Shown one piece after another: positions 37,657 through 47,528 of a stretch of 64,000 bases of DNA (positions within the stretch are counted from its first letter, which is position 1; each line of letters opens with the position of its first letter). The notes beneath the pieces were generated by a model. It saw only the letters and a list, made by a program, of their open reading frames with translations. It searched no databases and had not been told where the DNA came from. Location: positions 1 to 64,000 of IMG/VR virus record IMGVR_UViG_3300031707_000006; one strand, written 5' to 3'. A program made the position numbers and the translations under genes. This stretch comes from a virus.

Positions 37657-40489
37657 TTACTGTAATCTCTACAGCAGCAGGAATTACTTTTAGATATATT
37701 CTTTCTGCTGTTAACATAGTTTCTTCTACAAACTTTATTGCAGCATTTACGATTTCATCTTTTACCTCTATTACAACTTCATCGTGTACTTGCATAAGAA
37801 TATGAAAATCTTTATATTCAAAAGGATTATTATAAAATAGATTACACATTGCATCTTTAATAATATCCGCCGCACTCCCTTGTATGAGCATATTGTAACC
37901 CTCTCTCATACTTGCCGCATTTTCTTTTTCAGCTTCTTCCATATTTTTGTAGATTCTTCGATGATCAAAATATCTTTTTCTACCTAATAAAGTTTTAGTA
38001 TGCCCTTTACTTAATACTGCCTCACCAAAAGATTTTCTAAATGCAACCATTGTTGGATATCCCGTATTAATTGCAATAAGAACATCTTCTGCGACATCTT
38101 GAGAAATATGTAATTTCTTAGAAAGTCCCCAAGCACTGCTTCCAAATAAAGAAGCAAAGTTGATATTTTTGGCATCATCTCTTTGTTCCTTTATAACTTC
38201 ATCAAGGGTACAATGATTAACCAAAGCAGCAGTAGAGGTATGCATATCCTTACCTTCCTGATATGCTTTAATAATCAATTCATCTTCTGTTATTTCTCCC
38301 ACCAATCTATACTCTTCTTGATTATAATCTGCACGTAAAAGTTTATATCCAGGTCTCGCTATAAATGTTGCACGATATTCTGCCAATTTAGGTATGTTTT
38401 GTAAATTTATTGAGTCACTATTTCCAGTGATAGCCACAATATGTCCTTGTTTCATAACCCAAGTTCCACATTCTGTTGTTGGACACCAAACATCCATTTC
38501 TTTTTCTGGAGCCCAATTACAATTTCGATTCGCATATAATTCATCAGAACAAGTAAGATGATAATAAATAAAGGGTTTCCCTGATTTTAATTTTCTTTTA
38601 CTAAAACTATATGGCTTCGCTAAGGCTAAAGAAAGTAATTCAAAGTACTCACAGGATTGTTTCTTTTGGGTTTCCAAACTTCCAAATCCAATATATTTCT
38701 TTAATTCTCTCCGATAAGATCCATCTCCCTCAATCATAGATAAGTACATTATTTCCCAGCATTCCTCTGATAAACTCATGATAATTTTACTTGGGGGATG
38801 TGTAAGAAACGTTTGATAGATTGGCTCAAATATTTCAGAACTAATATGAAAAGCACTCACATAATGTGAATCGTATTCATATTGTTTATATCTATTTAGC
38901 GTATAAGATACATTATTTTCATCTAACCAACCTTTTAATAATTGAATACTCCTCCCTTTTACAAGGGAAATTCCTAATCCATGATTTTTCTTTCCGGTTA
39001 AAAATCCATCGGATAAGTACCAGCCAAGTAACAATGCTTGTGTTTTATCTAAAAGAGACGTTTTACAATCCTGCAATTTAACGTTTGGCATTAAAACTGT
39101 GTCATATTTTCTTGGAATACTATTTGCATTACTAAATCCAATTATCTTTGAATCCTTAGTAATCCATTTATGATTGGCTGTACATAAAATTCCTTTTTGA
39201 TATTTAGAATCATGACCTTTGTTAACTACTAATCTTCCAACAAGGTCTTTTCCAATCGTTATATCATCTATAGTTGTAATTTTATATTGATATTTTTGTA
39301 AATCAAAACCAATAACTTGATCCCCAATATTTACCTCATTATATTTTTTCCAACCATTCAACGTGAGTATTTCTGAATCCAAAGGTACACAACTGTATCT
39401 CCCAGAAGTTGCCCCAAGTTGATTAAATTTAGAATGTATTCTACCTGTAGTTGGGTGTATATTTTCAAACCAACTTACACCATAAGTAGATACTCTTTTA
39501 GCGCGATTTCTATATTCTAATATTAAATCTATAAGAGGTTCTCCAGCAAATAATACTAATGTATCTTCATTCGTATCTTCTACAGGAATATTAAATAGAT
39601 TTAATGCATTCTTCATATGTACATGAGAACCAGGATTTAATCTTTCATAAATCCAAGAAGTAAGTGCATAAGTTGAATCTACTTGTTCGAGATATTTCTT
39701 ATCTCTGACCAATTTTACTTTAATTCCTAATGTTTCAGATAACTCTATAGAACTATTGAACTTAGTTGTATCTATATTATTAAGTATATAATCTTTTATT
39801 TTTTTATGGAATAAATCTCTTTCAACTTCTGCTAATTTAGCAAGATTCTCCCATGCAACTTTATCTAATAAGATGCCCTCTAATTCCATCATTACGGTAA
39901 CTGGAGTTAATCTATTCTCAAGATTAAATACATCTAGTTGTTTTTGTTCTATTAACTTTACTAAAAGAATATCTTTTAATCTCTTAAGATACATTACATC
40001 CTCGGTAGAGTATACTAACATATCTTCAGTGATTTGTCCAAATGGATCTTCATAGAATTTTTTTCTTACTGTTTTATCTAATTGTATTCCTAGATATTTT
40101 AAGCAAATATCGTCTAAAGATGGATATCTGGATAAGGCTAGACCATTTGTAACCATTACTTCAGCAGATTGTAAATCTATTAAATCTGTAAAGAGTAGAT
40201 TATATTTAGATTTAATGAATTTTAGGTCAAACTTTAGATTAAATCCAACAAGGATTGAATCACTTTCTTGTAATAAAGAACAAATATAAATAATATTCTT
40301 ATCTCCTAAGAGTTGAGCATCAAATAAGAATATTTTATTATCTATCTCTACTTGAATTAATCTAATAAAATTCAGATAAGGATCTAATCCACTTGTTTCT
40401 ATATCAAATCCTATTACAGTATCTTTTCTATTAATAAGAGACTTTTGAAAAGATGATAATTCACTTAAAGAAGCGATATAAGAATACAT
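37637..40489 (-). CDS. polA: Family A DNA polymerase with 3'-5' exonuclease and an intein
   Basis: DIETSG, FNLKFD, TSGRYS|S.INLQNIP, ADYNQEEYR, RDDAKNINF, IQGSAAD, VHDE. Confidence 0.93.
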   Translation of the reverse strand: MYSYIASLSELSSFQKSLINRKDTVIGFDIETSGLDPYLNFIRLIQVEIDNKIFLFDAQLLGDKNIIYICSLLQESDSILVGFNLKFDLKFIKSKYNLLFTDLIDLQSAEVMVTNGLALSRYPSLDDICLKYLGIQLDKTVRKKFYEDPFGQITEDMLVYSTEDVMYLKRLKDILLVKLIEQKQLDVFNLENRLTPVTVMMELEGILLDKVAWENLAKLAEVERDLFHKKIKDYILNNIDTTKFNSSIELSETLGIKVKLVRDKKYLEQVDSTYALTSWIYERLNPGSHVHMKNALNLFNIPVEDTNEDTLVLFAGEPLIDLILEYRNRAKRVSTYGVSWFENIHPTTGRIHSKFNQLGATSGRYSCVPLDSEILTLNGWKKYNEVNIGDQVIGFDLQKYQYKITTIDDITIGKDLVGRLVVNKGHDSKYQKGILCTANHKWITKDSKIIGFSNANSIPRKYDTVLMPNVKLQDCKTSLLDKTQALLLGWYLSDGFLTGKKNHGLGISLVKGRSIQLLKGWLDENNVSYTLNRYKQYEYDSHYVSAFHISSEIFEPIYQTFLTHPPSKIIMSLSEECWEIMYLSMIEGDGSYRRELKKYIGFGSLETQKKQSCEYFELLSLALAKPYSFSKRKLKSGKPFIYYHLTCSDELYANRNCNWAPEKEMDVWCPTTECGTWVMKQGHIVAITGNSDSINLQNIPKLAEYRATFIARPGYKLLRADYNQEEYRLVGEITEDELIIKAYQEGKDMHTSTAALVNHCTLDEVIKEQRDDAKNINFASLFGSSAWGLSKKLHISQDVAEDVLIAINTGYPTMVAFRKSFGEAVLSKGHTKTLLGRKRYFDHRRIYKNMEEAEKENAASMREGYNMLIQGSAADIIKDAMCNLFYNNPFEYKDFHILMQVHDEVVIEVKDEIVNAAIKFVEETMLTAERIYLKVIPAAVEITVNDYWSK
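38420..39391 (-). mobile_element. Intein in PolA (324 aa), LAGLIDADG-type
   Basis: Starts CVPLDSEILT, contains CTANHKW, GWYLSDG, IEGDG; ends AITGN before Ser. Confidence 0.88.
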
Positions 40490-40490
40490 A

Positions 40491-40745
40491 TCAGTCTACT
40501 GTAAAATTAATTATATCGTTTTCATGCTTTAAGCAATGCATCTTCTCATAAGCATTAGCAAATGCCATATAATAGCCTGCCTGTTCACTCCACACATCTC
40601 CTGGTAAACATCTTGCAATTCCTTTAACACCATTAGGTAGGATAACGATTGTAACAGGTTTTGACCAAATTACATTTACCAATCCAATTCCTCGAACAGG
40701 GAATTGATGATGCTTGCACGATTTTTCCTTAACCTTTTTATTCAT
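40491..40745 (-). CDS. Conserved hypothetical phage protein
   Basis: TIVI...GIARC.PGD.W...G pattern. Confidence 0.6.
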   Translation of the reverse strand: MNKKVKEKSCKHHQFPVRGIGLVNVIWSKPVTIVILPNGVKGIARCLPGDVWSEQAGYYMAFANAYEKMHCLKHENDIINFTVD

Positions 40746-40910
40746 TTTATTTTTCCTTTCAAATTATTTCTTCTTGCTCAGTTCTATCTTTTGAATACTG
40801 GAGAAGCACTGAATAAGTTACATTTATTACTTATAAACTTTAATGGTTTATTTCCTCTTGCTCCCCGTCTTGGCTTCGCAAGTATAACTCTAGTTTATTC
40901 AATTATGAGT

Positions 40911-40939
40911 AGTATAGCATAATTTTGAGGGGCTGTCAA
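40911..40939 (-). promoter_or_regulatory. Sigma70-type promoter for the replication block
   Basis: TTGACA-17 bp-TATACT with extended TG. Confidence 0.75.
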
Positions 40940-41050
40940 GAGGCAATTTTCTCTAAACACCATTCACGAACACCCTCATAGGTAACTTTATCATCCAATT
41001 CTATCTTTGCCTCTACTTCAAAATTAATTGTGAATCTCCGTTTAGCCATA

Positions 41051-41181
41051 TTTTGCTCCTTGACAATCTTAGACTTTTAGGGTAAAATACACACTAATTC
41101 ACCTATGAGAGGCAAATTTTTTTGTGTATCTCATTCTGAATTACATGATACCCTAAATTTGTAGTTTGTCAAGGAGCAAAA
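41051..41181. promoter_or_regulatory. Imperfect palindrome carrying two face-to-face promoters and two RBSs
   Basis: Perfect 16-bp IR TTTTGCTCCTTGACAA/TTGTCAAGGAGCAAAA; + promoter 41060-41088, - promoter 41172-41145. Confidence 0.75.
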
Positions 41182-41420
41182 TGCCAATCCGTCATGATTT
41201 CAATTTCTGGGAGTGTAAATATTGCCACAAAGATTACAAGTTAGAACTCATGGCTTTAGGTTGCGAGCAAAGCCACGAGATTATATACCTCCCTATCCGT
41301 AAAGATGATCTTCAAAGGTTAATCCAATTCATCTACATGAAGGACGAGCGATTACTTACACCTACGTTATTAGAGACCCTTATGCCATATTCCCAGAACA
41401 TGCGGGGAGGGAATGCATGA
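41181..41420 (+). CDS. Small Zn-finger protein
   Basis: CKYC...CEQSH; AAGGAG RBS lies in the palindrome arm. Confidence 0.65.
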   Translation: MPIRHDFNFWECKYCHKDYKLELMALGCEQSHEIIYLPIRKDDLQRLIQFIYMKDERLLTPTLLETLMPYSQNMRGGNA

Positions 41421-41600
41421 TCTGTATCTTCTGTGATAAAGAAGTATTAGATGATATATTTACTCTGGGAATTGATATCCCCTATATTAACTTAAAAGTG
41501 CATAAATATTGCTGGAAAATGCATAAAAATACTAATTATCTACAACAAAATGCAGAAGTGTGCTATAATAGGATCGTAAAGATTATTGAGGAAAGAGATA

Positions 41601-42320
41601 ATGGATCAACCAGAAAAGAAAAAAAGAAAACCACGAACTAAAACCGTATTGTCGTCTAAAAATCAGATGCGGAATCTGAGTCAATTTAAGGAATTATCAA
41701 ATGATGAATTTGATGAGATGTTTGCTAAGAGGCTTTTTGGAATCGAAAAGGCTCAAATTTTTGAACAAAGGATTGAAAAGAAACTAGCCGATTTTGCTGA
41801 AGATTATGACGTTTCTGATATGAAAATTAATGACAAATATCTTCTAAGAGCATTAGCACAGGCAGTAGTTTCTCTAGAAGATTATGAAAATTTTGTTTTT
41901 AATATTCGTGCAGAAGGTATTGGTACAGAGAATATCTTTCTAATTGAAAAAATTCAAAAGGTTATGACCGATCTTAGAAGAGATGTTTCTACGATGCAGG
42001 ATGATCTTAAAATTACCAGGAAGATTAGAAAAGGAGACTCAGAAACATCAGTTATTAATTATATTGAAACTTTAAAAGAAAAAGCAAAAAAGTTTTATGA
42101 ATCTAGAATGATGATAGTTACCTGTCCTAAATGTAATAAGTGGATCTTTTCTGGTTGGTTTTTATTTCCACATGAAAAACAAAATAAAATTATTTTACAG
42201 TGTGATGGTGATATGGGAGATGGGACAAAATGTGGAGAAGTTATAAGATTAACTTCTACAGAGTTATTGGAAAAACGTGGGTATAGTGATCCAGAAATTT
42301 TTCCTGAGTCACTTATCTAG
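41601..42320 (+). CDS. Putative terminase small subunit with C-terminal Zn ribbon
   Basis: Helical core ending DDLKITRKIRK, CPKC...C...C; first large gene of the late block (positional inference). Confidence 0.4.
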   Translation: MDQPEKKKRKPRTKTVLSSKNQMRNLSQFKELSNDEFDEMFAKRLFGIEKAQIFEQRIEKKLADFAEDYDVSDMKINDKYLLRALAQAVVSLEDYENFVFNIRAEGIGTENIFLIEKIQKVMTDLRRDVSTMQDDLKITRKIRKGDSETSVINYIETLKEKAKKFYESRMMIVTCPKCNKWIFSGWFLFPHEKQNKIILQCDGDMGDGTKCGEVIRLTSTELLEKRGYSDPEIFPESLI

Positions 42321-42332
42321 TTATGGAGAAAT

Positions 42333-43016
42333 ATGTATAAAGGATTTAATATTACAGTTGGAATTCCTGTTTATAACAATTATCGGGGATTAAGGAAATG
42401 TATTATTTCTGCCGAAATGGGAGAGGTAAAGCCTGATCTTTATTTTATATTTGATAATGGTGGTTTATATAATAATATTTTATTTAAAGATGAAATGGAT
42501 GTTAGTAAGATCCGGTTATATAGACCTGGGTATAATCAAGGTGTCGCAAAGGCATGGAATCTTATTATTAGAAATACAACAGATATAAGAATTATCTGTA
42601 ATGATGATATTGAATTTCATACGGATACTGTAAAAGTGTTTGTAGATAATTTTGATGAAAACAAGATAACATTCCCGGATGAAAAGAGAGATAATCTTTT
42701 TTCTTGTTTTAGTATACCAACAAAATTATTTAATGCAATTGGTGAGTTTGATGAATCGCTGAGTCCTAACTATGGATATTTTGAGGACAACGATTATTAT
42801 CGTAGAGTAATTCTTTATGGACAAGAATTTGGTTTCCAATCTATTCCTACTGGATATGAACACATTGGTAGTACTACATTGAAAAATTATAGTCCAGGTG
42901 AATTATCTTTACACCATAAAAAGTTTGAATTAGCAAAAGCCAATTACATAAAAAAATGGGGAAATCTCCCACATCAAGAAACTTTTACAATTCCTTATAA
43001 CGGTGTGAAACAATGA
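42333..43016 (+). CDS. Glycosyltransferase family 2
   Basis: VGIPVYN, FDNG, NQGVAKAWN, CNDDI, GEFDE...YFEDNDY. Confidence 0.88.
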   Translation: MYKGFNITVGIPVYNNYRGLRKCIISAEMGEVKPDLYFIFDNGGLYNNILFKDEMDVSKIRLYRPGYNQGVAKAWNLIIRNTTDIRIICNDDIEFHTDTVKVFVDNFDENKITFPDEKRDNLFSCFSIPTKLFNAIGEFDESLSPNYGYFEDNDYYRRVILYGQEFGFQSIPTGYEHIGSTTLKNYSPGELSLHHKKFELAKANYIKKWGNLPHQETFTIPYNGVKQ

Positions 43017-43780
43017 TAACATATCTGCAACTGAATAACAGAAGTGTAGCAGGCCGCTTGGGAAACAATTTATTTGAGATCGCAAGTACGATAGGAATCG
43101 CAGATTCTTTAAATATTCCTTTTTACTTTCCTACTTGGCCGTACAGCAGGTATTTTAAACATGAGTTACCTCAAAAAAGTTATGATGAACTTTCTTCTTA
43201 TAAACTAAAAATATTTACTGAGAAACAATTCAATTATGATTTTATTTCTTTAGATGTTCGCCATTCTTGGAGTCTCTGTGGGTATCTACAATCCTGGAAA
43301 TATTTTGTAAATTCATTTGATAAAATTAAATATTATTTTGAACCTAATTTTGAAACAAATGATAATTCAAAAGACCTAGTTTCAGTGCATGTGAGGAGAG
43401 GCGATTATCTCGATCGTAAAGGATTCCATACTTGTTTAACTGAAACAAATTATTATCAGAAAGCAATGGCCCTATTTCCTGATGATAAATTCCTAATCTT
43501 CTCTGATGATATTCACTGGTGTATGCAAAGTGATTTATTTGATAATGATCGATGTATCTATAAAATGAATGAGACATCTGATACTGCAACTCCCGCACCC
43601 TTTGATTTATTACACATGGTTTATATGGCAAAATGTAAACATCATATTATCGCCAATTCTAGTTATTCCTGGTGGGGTTCTTTTCTTGGAAATTCAAATA
43701 GTATAACTATTGCTCCTAGACAATGGTGGGTTAATAATAATTCCAGCGATATTTACTTACCACATTGGATTCAAATATGA
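43013..43780 (+). CDS. Glycosyltransferase family 11 (alpha-1,2-fucosyltransferase-like)
   Basis: GRLGNNLF, GYLQSWKYF, VHVRRGDY, FSDDI, IIANSSYSWWG. Confidence 0.9.
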   Translation: MITYLQLNNRSVAGRLGNNLFEIASTIGIADSLNIPFYFPTWPYSRYFKHELPQKSYDELSSYKLKIFTEKQFNYDFISLDVRHSWSLCGYLQSWKYFVNSFDKIKYYFEPNFETNDNSKDLVSVHVRRGDYLDRKGFHTCLTETNYYQKAMALFPDDKFLIFSDDIHWCMQSDLFDNDRCIYKMNETSDTATPAPFDLLHMVYMAKCKHHIIANSSYSWWGSFLGNSNSITIAPRQWWVNNNSSDIYLPHWIQI

Positions 43781-44727
43781 TTGAGGATCAATTAGTCTTT
43801 ATAGACACATTTGCAAAACTTGATTCCATTATGGATAAGTATAAAAATAAGAAAATTAGAGTAGCCTATAGTGGGGGATCGGACTCTGATAATGTAATGT
43901 GGTTATTACGAACTAGAGGATATAATGTTCCCGCTGTATTTTGGGATACAGGATTAGAATATGCTGCTACATATGAACATTTAGATTATATGAGATCAGT
44001 TGGATTTAGTATTGAAAAAGTTAAGGCCAAAAACCCCATCCCAACAACTTTGATGAAATATGGTCAACCCTTTGTAAGTAAAAGAGTCAGTGATTATTTA
44101 TCCAGACTACAAAAGCATGGTTTTAATTTCCAGAATGATGGGAATAAAACTTTTAAAGACTTAACTGTAAAATATGAAAATTGTAAAACAGCATTATCGT
44201 GGTGGTGTAATAAGTTCCCCTATATAACAACAAATATTACTTATAATCGGTATTTAAAAGAATTCTTAATAGAATATGGACTCCCCTTTTCTGTATCCGA
44301 TCAGTGTTGCACTTGGGCGAAAAAACAACCTAGTAAGGACTATACAAAAAAAAATCATATTGATTTAATGATTTTAGGAATTAGGAAAGCTGAAGGGGGT
44401 TCTAGAGCCAGAGCATATAAAACTTGCTTTTTACCTCCAAAATTGCACACATATGCTTTATATTTCCCCTTATTTTGGTGGAAAAAAGTCGAGAAGCAAC
44501 TTTTTTGTGGGGAATTGAATATAAAATATAGTGATTGTTATACAAAATATGGGATGACAAGAACAGGTTGTGCTGGTTGTCCTTTTAGTAGAACTTTTGA
44601 AAATGAATTGGATATCCTGAGACAATATGAACCAAATCTATATAAGGGAGCAACAAAAATGTTTAATTCTTCTTATGAGTGGACTAGAAAGTATAAACAA
44701 TTTATAGAGAATGAAAAACGTGGATAA
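43777..44727 (+). CDS. PAPS-reductase-like (PP-loop, Fe-S) protein
   Basis: YSGGSDS, DTGLEY, CC.WAKKQP, GIRKAEG, RTGCAGCPF. Confidence 0.85.
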   Translation: MIEDQLVFIDTFAKLDSIMDKYKNKKIRVAYSGGSDSDNVMWLLRTRGYNVPAVFWDTGLEYAATYEHLDYMRSVGFSIEKVKAKNPIPTTLMKYGQPFVSKRVSDYLSRLQKHGFNFQNDGNKTFKDLTVKYENCKTALSWWCNKFPYITTNITYNRYLKEFLIEYGLPFSVSDQCCTWAKKQPSKDYTKKNHIDLMILGIRKAEGGSRARAYKTCFLPPKLHTYALYFPLFWWKKVEKQLFCGELNIKYSDCYTKYGMTRTGCAGCPFSRTFENELDILRQYEPNLYKGATKMFNSSYEWTRKYKQFIENEKRG

Positions 44728-46036
44728 TATTGAAGAAAGAATCAAGGATCTTATTGGTCTTTTAAGAGAAGATGGAAGTAATGTATTAGGCTATGTCTAT
44801 AATGATGACGCTAAATTTATACCTGGTATTACTCCAGTATACTACTCAGGCCCGTATTGGGATAATAAAGAAATTATTGCGGCTGTAAAGGCATTACTTA
44901 CTGGTAAGTGGTTATCTTCTGGAGAAAAAGTTAAAGAATTTGAAGATAAATTCTCTGAAAAATTTGGTGGTGGTTATTCTGTAATGGTTAACTCAGGCTC
45001 ATCTGCTAATTTAGTTATGTTAGCAGCATTGAAAAAATATTATGGTTGGGCAGATGGTGCAGAAGTTATTGTTTCTTGTGTGGGTTTTCCTACTACAATT
45101 GCCCCCATCGTACAGAACAATCTAAAACCAGTTTTTGTAGATATTGAATTAGACACACTAAATGCAGACTATTTAGAGATATATAATTCTATAAATGCTA
45201 ATACAGTAGCAATATTAATCTCTCCAGTATTAGGTAATCCTCCTGATATGGGTAAATTACTAAATTTACATTCTATATTAGACTTAGAATTAATCTTGGA
45301 TAATTGTGATAGTTTGGGGACTACTTGGGATTATACTTTACTTAATCAATTAGTTGTGGCATCTTCTTGTTCATTCTATCCGGCTCACCACTTAGCCATC
45401 GGTGAAGGAGGAATGATCTCATCTAAAAATGAAAGTATTATTAAACTTGCAAGAAGTATTGCATGGTGGGGTAGAGATTGTGAATGCACTGGCGCTCAGA
45501 ATTTATTGTCTAATGGGATGTGTCATAAACGATTTGCTTGTTGGTTGGATAACTATGATGGGATTATTGATCATAAATATTTATTTACAAATATGGGATA
45601 TAATTTAAAACCATTAGATTTTCAAGGCGCAATGGGGTTAGAACAACTCAAAAAATTTGATGAGATACATTATCGTAGAGTACAGAATGAACACATTATT
45701 ACAGAGACTTTTCTAAAATATCTTCCAGAATTAAAAACCCCAACAGTATTATCAGGAGCGAAACCATCCTGGTTTGGTACTCCTTTTATTTGTCCTAATA
45801 AGGAATATAAAAATAAATTAGTGGCATTTTTAGAATCTAAGAAGATTCAGACACGGAATTATTTCGCTGGTAATATACTTTTGCACCCCGGCTATAAACA
45901 TTTGGGGAACTATAGGGATTATCCTAATGCAAATAAGATATTGGATACCGTATTTTTTATCGGTTGTGCCCCGCATTATGGGGAAAATATTTTGGGTTAT
46001 ATAGAAGATTGTGTAAAGGAGTTCTATATTAATTAG
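44711..46036 (+). CDS. rfbH: DegT-family PMP enzyme, RfbH/AscC-type NDP-4-keto-6-deoxyhexose 3-dehydrase
   Basis: VNSGSSANL, GFPTT, LGNP, DNCDSLG, SFYPAHH (His in place of Lys), WGRDCEC, DHKY, GYNLKP, SWFG. Confidence 0.85.
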   Translation: MKNVDNIEERIKDLIGLLREDGSNVLGYVYNDDAKFIPGITPVYYSGPYWDNKEIIAAVKALLTGKWLSSGEKVKEFEDKFSEKFGGGYSVMVNSGSSANLVMLAALKKYYGWADGAEVIVSCVGFPTTIAPIVQNNLKPVFVDIELDTLNADYLEIYNSINANTVAILISPVLGNPPDMGKLLNLHSILDLELILDNCDSLGTTWDYTLLNQLVVASSCSFYPAHHLAIGEGGMISSKNESIIKLARSIAWWGRDCECTGAQNLLSNGMCHKRFACWLDNYDGIIDHKYLFTNMGYNLKPLDFQGAMGLEQLKKFDEIHYRRVQNEHIITETFLKYLPELKTPTVLSGAKPSWFGTPFICPNKEYKNKLVAFLESKKIQTRNYFAGNILLHPGYKHLGNYRDYPNANKILDTVFFIGCAPHYGENILGYIEDCVKEFYIN

Positions 46037-46037
46037 A

Positions 46038-46095
46038 ACAAGATGGCTAGTGATAGCTACACGAAAAAGCATACCTCCATGCTCTGCCATTTTGT
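46038..46095 (+). ncRNA. Three-way-junction cis RNA element upstream of an endonuclease remnant
   Basis: ACAAGATGGC/GCCATTTTGT enclosing GTG-ATAGCTA-CAC, GAAAA and AGCAT/ATGCT. Confidence 0.5.
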
Positions 46096-46123
46096 ATTTT
46101 AAGGAGAACTAAAAGGAGAAAAG

Positions 46124-46180
46124 ATGAGCAAATTAATTAATTTAATCGGTCAAAGATTTGGTAGATTGACCGTTAAATAA
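46124..46180 (+). pseudogene. Remnant of an HNH/AP2-type homing endonuclease N-terminus
   Basis: AAGGAG RBS then MSKLINLIGQRFGRLTVK-stop. Confidence 0.7.
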
Positions 46181-46207
46181 CATAATTAGATATATGAAAG
46201 AAACTTT

Positions 46208-46897
46208 ATGACATTATTAAGTATAGCAATTCCAACATATGGATATCACGGAAGGGGAGAAGGACTTTTAGAATATTCCTTTAATAAATTAGAATCTCAG
46301 TATTTTACAGATTTTGATGTAGTTGTTGCAGATCATTCTGAAGATGATAAGATTAAGAATTTATGTGAAAAGTGGAATCATAAATTGTCTATTCATTATC
46401 TCAGAAATGAAGAAAATAGAGGATCGGCAGCATATAATACTGACTTTGTTATAAGACATAGTACTGGTAAATTTATTAAAATTCTTTGCGGAGATGACTA
46501 CCTTTATGATGCATTTTCACTAGAAAAACCCATTCTAGCATTTGATGAAACTACTATGTGGATTGCAACTGCATATATGCACACAAGAGATAAATTACAT
46601 TTTTTCAAATACCATTGTCCTAGTTTAAATCCTAAGATTTATATGTGTAATACTATAGGAACTCCAAGTTGTATTACTATACGCAATTCCTCAGATATTC
46701 CTCGAATGGATACAAATCTTAAATATGCATATGATTGTGATTGGTATTATAGAATGATAAATAGTCCATACGGTAATCCTAAAATTATAAATGATATTAC
46801 AATTATTAACTATTTATGGGATGGTAGTATTACATCAGAAATGTCTGATAAACAAATCTCTGATGAATTAGAAAAGGTAAGAAAGAAATATGAATAA
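46208..46897 (+). CDS. Glycosyltransferase family 2
   Basis: SIAIPTY, VADHS, ILCGDDY, IGTPS, YDCDWY. Confidence 0.85.
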   Translation: MTLLSIAIPTYGYHGRGEGLLEYSFNKLESQYFTDFDVVVADHSEDDKIKNLCEKWNHKLSIHYLRNEENRGSAAYNTDFVIRHSTGKFIKILCGDDYLYDAFSLEKPILAFDETTMWIATAYMHTRDKLHFFKYHCPSLNPKIYMCNTIGTPSCITIRNSSDIPRMDTNLKYAYDCDWYYRMINSPYGNPKIINDITIINYLWDGSITSEMSDKQISDELEKVRKKYE

Positions 46898-47528
46898 ACT
46901 GTTTATAATTAGTAGGTATGAAGAGAATTTAGATTGGTTAAAATCTTATAACTTTAATTATCTTATTTATAATAAAGGAAAACCAATTGAAGACCCAAAT
47001 ATAATTAATATTGAGAATATAGGTGGAAATCAAATAGATATTTTTAGATTTATTTATGATCATTATGAAGATCTTCCTGATGTTATGGTGTTTATACAAG
47101 CCCATCCTTTTGATCACTGCCGTAAAGAACTTTTTGACTTACTTATAAATAATATAGTTTTTACACCACTAGAATATTATGGAAAATTTCCGGCAAACTC
47201 TTGGGAAAGACGAACAGAGGAGGGGGGATATTTAGAAATAAATAATAATTGGTATATAAAAAATAATAACGATCATTATAATATAACTTGTAGATATTCA
47301 TCTTTTGATGAGTTTATGAATAAATATTTTAATAATTATGAACACATAGAGTGGATACGTTTTTCCCCTGGTTCTCAGTATATTGTGGAGAGAATGCGAG
47401 TACTGCACTATCCCAGGGAATTTTGGAGAAAATTAATGGATGAACTTAATAGTAGATTTTCAACTGAGGGACATATTATTGAAAGGAGTTTATGGATGAT
47501 ATTTCAATGCAAACTAAACCTGAGATAA
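46890..47528 (+). CDS. DUF3431-like (GT-A-related) protein
   Basis: SRYEENLDW, YNKG, FIQAHPFDH, FSPGSQYIV, HIIER. Confidence 0.7.
   Translation: MNKLFIISRYEENLDWLKSYNFNYLIYNKGKPIEDPNIINIENIGGNQIDIFRFIYDHYEDLPDVMVFIQAHPFDHCRKELFDLLINNIVFTPLEYYGKFPANSWERRTEEGGYLEINNNWYIKNNNDHYNITCRYSSFDEFMNKYFNNYEHIEWIRFSPGSQYIVERMRVLHYPREFWRKLMDELNSRFSTEGHIIERSLWMIFQCKLNLR

Noticed and set aside
46038-46095. Hammerhead ribozyme (three stems with GAAA)
   Set aside because: The CUGANGA catalytic core is absent
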